Assembly: GCA_963814375.1 (NCBI GenBank)
Contig: CAWFCQ010000006.1
Location: forward strand, 32,001 to 96,000
DNA length: 64,000 nt
Direction of reading: 5' to 3'
Origin: an uncultured Chloroflexia bacterium
Lineage (GTDB): Bacteria; Chloroflexota; Limnocylindria; QHBO01
The notes below the pieces were generated by a model. The model did not search any database. It saw only the letters and a list, made by a program, of their open reading frames with translations, and was not told the DNA's origin. Shown piece after piece: positions 60,784 to 64,000 of the stretch; position 1 is the first letter of the stretch, and each line of letters begins with the position of its first letter. Position numbers and translations under genes: made by a program.

Positions 60784-61689
60784 CTATGGTAGCCGCCAGC
60801 CGCCCGCCTGGCCGACCTTTGTGCCCAGGCTTCGGCCGAGGACCGTGCTGACGTGCCGCGCCGCCTCGAGCAGCGCGTCGAGGTCGACGCCGTGGCTGAA
60901 CCCCTCGCGGTCGAGGAGGTACACGAGGTCCTCCGTGGCGAGGTTGCCCGCAGCGCCGGGCGCGTAGGGGCAGCCCCCGGTGCCGCCGGCGGACGCATCG
61001 AAGCAGCGGACCCCGAGATCGAGGGCCGTGGCCACGTTGGCGAGCGCGGTGCCGCGCGTGTCGTGGAAGTGCATCGCCAGCCGCTCCGCGCCGATGCCCG
61101 CTTCGAGCAGCGCGCCGACCACGCGGCGCACGTCCGACGGTGCGGCGACGCCGATCGTATCCCCGATGCTGAGCTCGTCCACGCCCAGGTCCAGCAGCCG
61201 ATGCGCGACGTCGACCACGGCGGCCGCGTCGACCTCTCCCTGGTACGGGCACCCGAACGCCGTGCTGACGTAGCCGCGGCTCCACCAGCCGCGCCGGCGA
61301 GCGCCGGAGACGACCGGCCGGAACGCGTCGATCGACTCGTCGATCGACATGTTGATGTTGTGGCGCGTGAACTCCTCCGAGGCCGCGGTGAAGACGCACA
61401 CGGCGTCGACGCCGGCCTGCTCGGCGCGCTGCAGGCCGCGCTCGTTCGGTACCAGCGCCGGGTAGCGGACACCGGGGCGTCGTTCGAGGCGAGCCATCAG
61501 GTCATCCGCGTCGGCGAGCTGCGGGATGGCTCGCGGCGAGACGAAGCTGGTCGTCTCGATCTCCCGCAGGCCGGCAATCGCGAGCAGCTCGATGAAGCGC
61601 AGCTTCGCATCGGTCGGGATGGGCGCAGCCTCGTTCTGGAGCCCGTCCCGTGGCCCGACCTCGTAGATCCGGACGTCGCGCTCAGCCAT
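60784..61689 (-). CDS. Hydroxymethylglutaryl-CoA lyase
   Basis: EVGPRDGLQNE, GDTIG, HFHDTRG, GGCPYAPGA.GN.ATED. Confidence 0.95.
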   Translation of the reverse strand: MAERDVRIYEVGPRDGLQNEAAPIPTDAKLRFIELLAIAGLREIETTSFVSPRAIPQLADADDLMARLERRPGVRYPALVPNERGLQRAEQAGVDAVCVFTAASEEFTRHNINMSIDESIDAFRPVVSGARRRGWWSRGYVSTAFGCPYQGEVDAAAVVDVAHRLLDLGVDELSIGDTIGVAAPSDVRRVVGALLEAGIGAERLAMHFHDTRGTALANVATALDLGVRCFDASAGGTGGCPYAPGAAGNLATEDLVYLLDREGFSHGVDLDALLEAARHVSTVLGRSLGTKVGQAGGWRLP

Positions 61690-63715
61690 CGGCGCCATCG
61701 TAGGCCGCGACCTCGCCGAGCGGGTCGCCACGCTGGACCTGCTGCCCGACTCCCACCGCCACCCGCCGCAGGATGCCGGCATGCGGGGCGACGACCGCGT
61801 GCTCCATCTTCATCGCCTCGATGACCACGAGCGGCTCGTGCGCGGCCACCAGCGCACCCTCGACGGCCCGGATGGCGATCACGCGCCCCGGCATTGGCGC
61901 CACCAGGAGCGCGGTTGCATCCGCGCCGGCGGCCGCCGCGTGGCGAACCGCCTCGTCGACCGTCGGAGCGCTCGCGAGGGCGAATTCGAGGGACTGGCCG
62001 TCGACGTCGACGTGCGCCACGCCGCCGGCGGCGATTGCGGCCGGCTCGCCGGCCGCATCGTCCGGTTCGGTGTCGACCCGCACCCGGCGCTCCTCGTCCC
62101 CGTGCCGCACGCGGATGATCGGCGCGGAGTTCAGGCGCCACCCGTCGCTCCACGGCCCGGCCGCGTCGGGCCTCAGGGCCCGGCCGGCAGCTTCCCAGTG
62201 CGCGTCTGACACGGTCGGCGGACCAGGCAGCGGGATGGACGCCAACGTATCGGTGCGCATCTGGCCGTCGCGCATAACGGGCTGGTCGAGCAGCCAGCGC
62301 AGGAAACGCAGGTTGGTACGGACTCCGAGCACCGTCGTCTCGGCCAGCGCGCGTAGGAGTCGCTCGACGGCCTCCGCGCGGCTCCCGCCGTGAGCGATGA
62401 GCTTGGCCAGCATCGGGTCATACCGATCGCTGACGGTGATCCCGGCGCGGGCCGCGGTGTCGATGCGGACGCCGTCGGGCCAGGCAACCAGCGCGAGCAC
62501 TCCGCTGGCGGGCAGGAAGCCGGATTCGGGGTCCTCGGCGTAGAGGCGAGCCTCGATCGCATGGCCGTGCATGGGTGGCGCCGCTCGCAGGCCGAGCTCC
62601 TCGAGCGTCGCGCCCCCGGCCACGAGGATCTGGTCTGCGACGAGGTCGCGGGCGGTGACCGCTTCCGTGACCGGGTGCTCCACCTGGAGCCGTGTGTTCA
62701 TCTCCAGGAAGTACGCCTCGCCGTCGTCGGAGAGCAGCATCTCGACCGTCCCGGCCCCGCGGTAGCCGACCGAGCCGGCGACAGTGAGCGCCATCTCGCC
62801 CATCCGCCCACGGAGCTCGGGCGTCATGCCAGGGGCGGGCGCCTCCTCGACGATCTTCTGGTTGCGACGCTGGCTGCTGCAGTCGCGCTCGCCGAGATGG
62901 ACCCCCTGGCCGTCGGCGTCGAACAGGACCTGGATCTCGACGTGCCGCGGCCCCGGGAGGAAGCGCTCGAGGATCAGGCGGTCATCGCCGAACGACCGTG
63001 CCGCCTCCCGGCGTGCCCCGGCCAGCGCATCGGTGAGGTCGTCGGCGTGATGGACGACGCGCATTCCCTTGCCGCCCCCGCCCGCCGACGGCTTGACCAG
63101 CAACGGAAAGCCGATCTCTCCTGCCGCCTCGGCCAGTGCCGCGTCGCCCTGGTCATCGCCGTCGTAGCCCGGCAGCACCGACACGCCGAGCTCGGCGGCG
63201 CGCCGTCGCGCGGCGGCCTTGTCGCCCATCGCCGCGATCGCCTCGGGCGGAGGACCGATCCAGGCCAGCCCGGCGGCAATGGCCGCGCGCGCGAACCCCG
63301 GGTTCTCGGCCAGGAACCCGTACCCCGGGTGAATCGCCTCGACCCCGGCGGCGCGGGCGACGGCCAGGATCTCGCCGCCGTCGAGATAGCTGGAGATCTC
63401 GTGGGCTTCATCGGCGCCATCCGGCGCCGCCTCGTCGGGGGCGTGAACGGCGACGACCCGAAGCCCCATGCGGCGCGCGGTCCGCACGATGCGAACGGCG
63501 ATCTCGCCGCGGTTGGCGACGAGAACGGATCGGATCGCCGCCTGTGGCGGGCGGGCGATGGTGGAGACGCCTCCGAGCGACGAACGCGACACGCGCACGC
63601 GGCTGCCGACCCGTTCCGCGGGCAGACGCCCGTCGGCGATCCAGCGCTGGACCGTCCTGACCGTCACGCCGAGCTCGCTCGCGATCTCTCGTGGCGTGAG
63701 TTGGTCGTCGGTCAT
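61682..63715 (-). CDS. Biotin carboxylase/BCCP (methylcrotonyl-CoA carboxylase alpha-like) with N-terminal excisionase-type HTH
   Basis: VANRGEIA, HPGYGFLAEN, GGGGKGM, EMNTRLQVEH, EAMKM; N-terminal LTPREIA..LGV..RTV.RWI..G.L. Confidence 0.92.
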   Translation of the reverse strand: MTDDQLTPREIASELGVTVRTVQRWIADGRLPAERVGSRVRVSRSSLGGVSTIARPPQAAIRSVLVANRGEIAVRIVRTARRMGLRVVAVHAPDEAAPDGADEAHEISSYLDGGEILAVARAAGVEAIHPGYGFLAENPGFARAAIAAGLAWIGPPPEAIAAMGDKAAARRRAAELGVSVLPGYDGDDQGDAALAEAAGEIGFPLLVKPSAGGGGKGMRVVHHADDLTDALAGARREAARSFGDDRLILERFLPGPRHVEIQVLFDADGQGVHLGERDCSSQRRNQKIVEEAPAPGMTPELRGRMGEMALTVAGSVGYRGAGTVEMLLSDDGEAYFLEMNTRLQVEHPVTEAVTARDLVADQILVAGGATLEELGLRAAPPMHGHAIEARLYAEDPESGFLPASGVLALVAWPDGVRIDTAARAGITVSDRYDPMLAKLIAHGGSRAEAVERLLRALAETTVLGVRTNLRFLRWLLDQPVMRDGQMRTDTLASIPLPGPPTVSDAHWEAAGRALRPDAAGPWSDGWRLNSAPIIRVRHGDEERRVRVDTEPDDAAGEPAAIAAGGVAHVDVDGQSLEFALASAPTVDEAVRHAAAAGADATALLVAPMPGRVIAIRAVEGALVAAHEPLVVIEAMKMEHAVVAPHAGILRRVAVGVGQQVQRGDPLGEVAAYDGADG

Positions 63716-63740
63716 GTCGCGATTGTCGCAGGGTGCGGCG

Positions 63741-64000
63741 TCAGTCGCCCTCCCACGAGGGATTGCGCTTCGCGAGGAAGGCGCTGAGGCCCTCTTGCCC
63801 CTCGGCCGACGTGCGTTGCTGAGCGATGTGCCGGACCGTGTGGCGGCGAGCCTCGTCCGCCGGCAGCGCGCGCAGCTCCCGCACGAGGGACTTCGCCGCG
63901 CGGGCGGCGGTGGGGCCGGCCAGCTGAAGCTCGGCCACGATCTCGGCGGCCCTGGCGTCGAGCGCCGCCTCGTCGGTCACGATCTCGTGCACCAGGCCGA
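63741..64000 (-). CDS. Enoyl-CoA hydratase family (methylglutaconyl-CoA hydratase-like), 5' part outside window
   Basis: GLVHE, P.A..AAK, R.S.EGQEG..AFL.KR.P.W. Confidence 0.85.
   Translation of the reverse strand, partial: GLVHEIVTDEAALDARAAEIVAELQLAGPTAARAAKSLVRELRALPADEARRHTVRHIAQQRTSAEGQEGLSAFLAKRNPSWEGD

Noticed and set aside
63570-63715. Prophage or ICE excisionase
   Set aside because: The HTH is in frame with the carboxylase, and no integrase or phage genes are nearby.

Overview
High-GC bacterial chromosomal segment, densely coding (about 80 CDSs). The style suggests Chloroflexota or Actinobacteria, which is an inference only. Recognisable genes include holB, acyP, a dGTPase, fabI, Ada, sixA, Hsp20 and a CtpA-type protease. 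Tyrosine catabolism genes (hppD, hmgA, FAH) are scattered. There is also a leucine-catabolism block, an ECF transporter with a nucleoside hydrolase, a MoxR-DUF58-DUF4129 triad, an SRPBCC/FAD oxidoreductase/DUF1365/cfa lipid-modification cluster, and two tRNAs (Arg-CCG, Asp-GTC). No integrase, transposase, cas gene or CRISPR array was found. About eight single-base frameshifts look like long-read consensus errors. The most interesting signals are these. (1) A candidate ~150-nt standalone ncRNA at 12590-12738 (-), with its own sigma70 promoter and terminator and a telomere-like GGGTAGGTTAGGGTTAGGG loop. (2) A dispersed, modular intergenic element built from periodically spaced CGAT-N2-ATCG palindromes, present in three copies. 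(3) A promoter with CarH/LitR-like 11-bp TnnACA repeats that must read antisense through an SDR gene to reach the cfa cluster. (4) Tandem DPBB/RlpA-like and Rpf proteins that share a paralogous N-terminal module. (5) An excisionase-type HTH fused to a biotin carboxylase. (6) Pervasive leaderless-type promoters.
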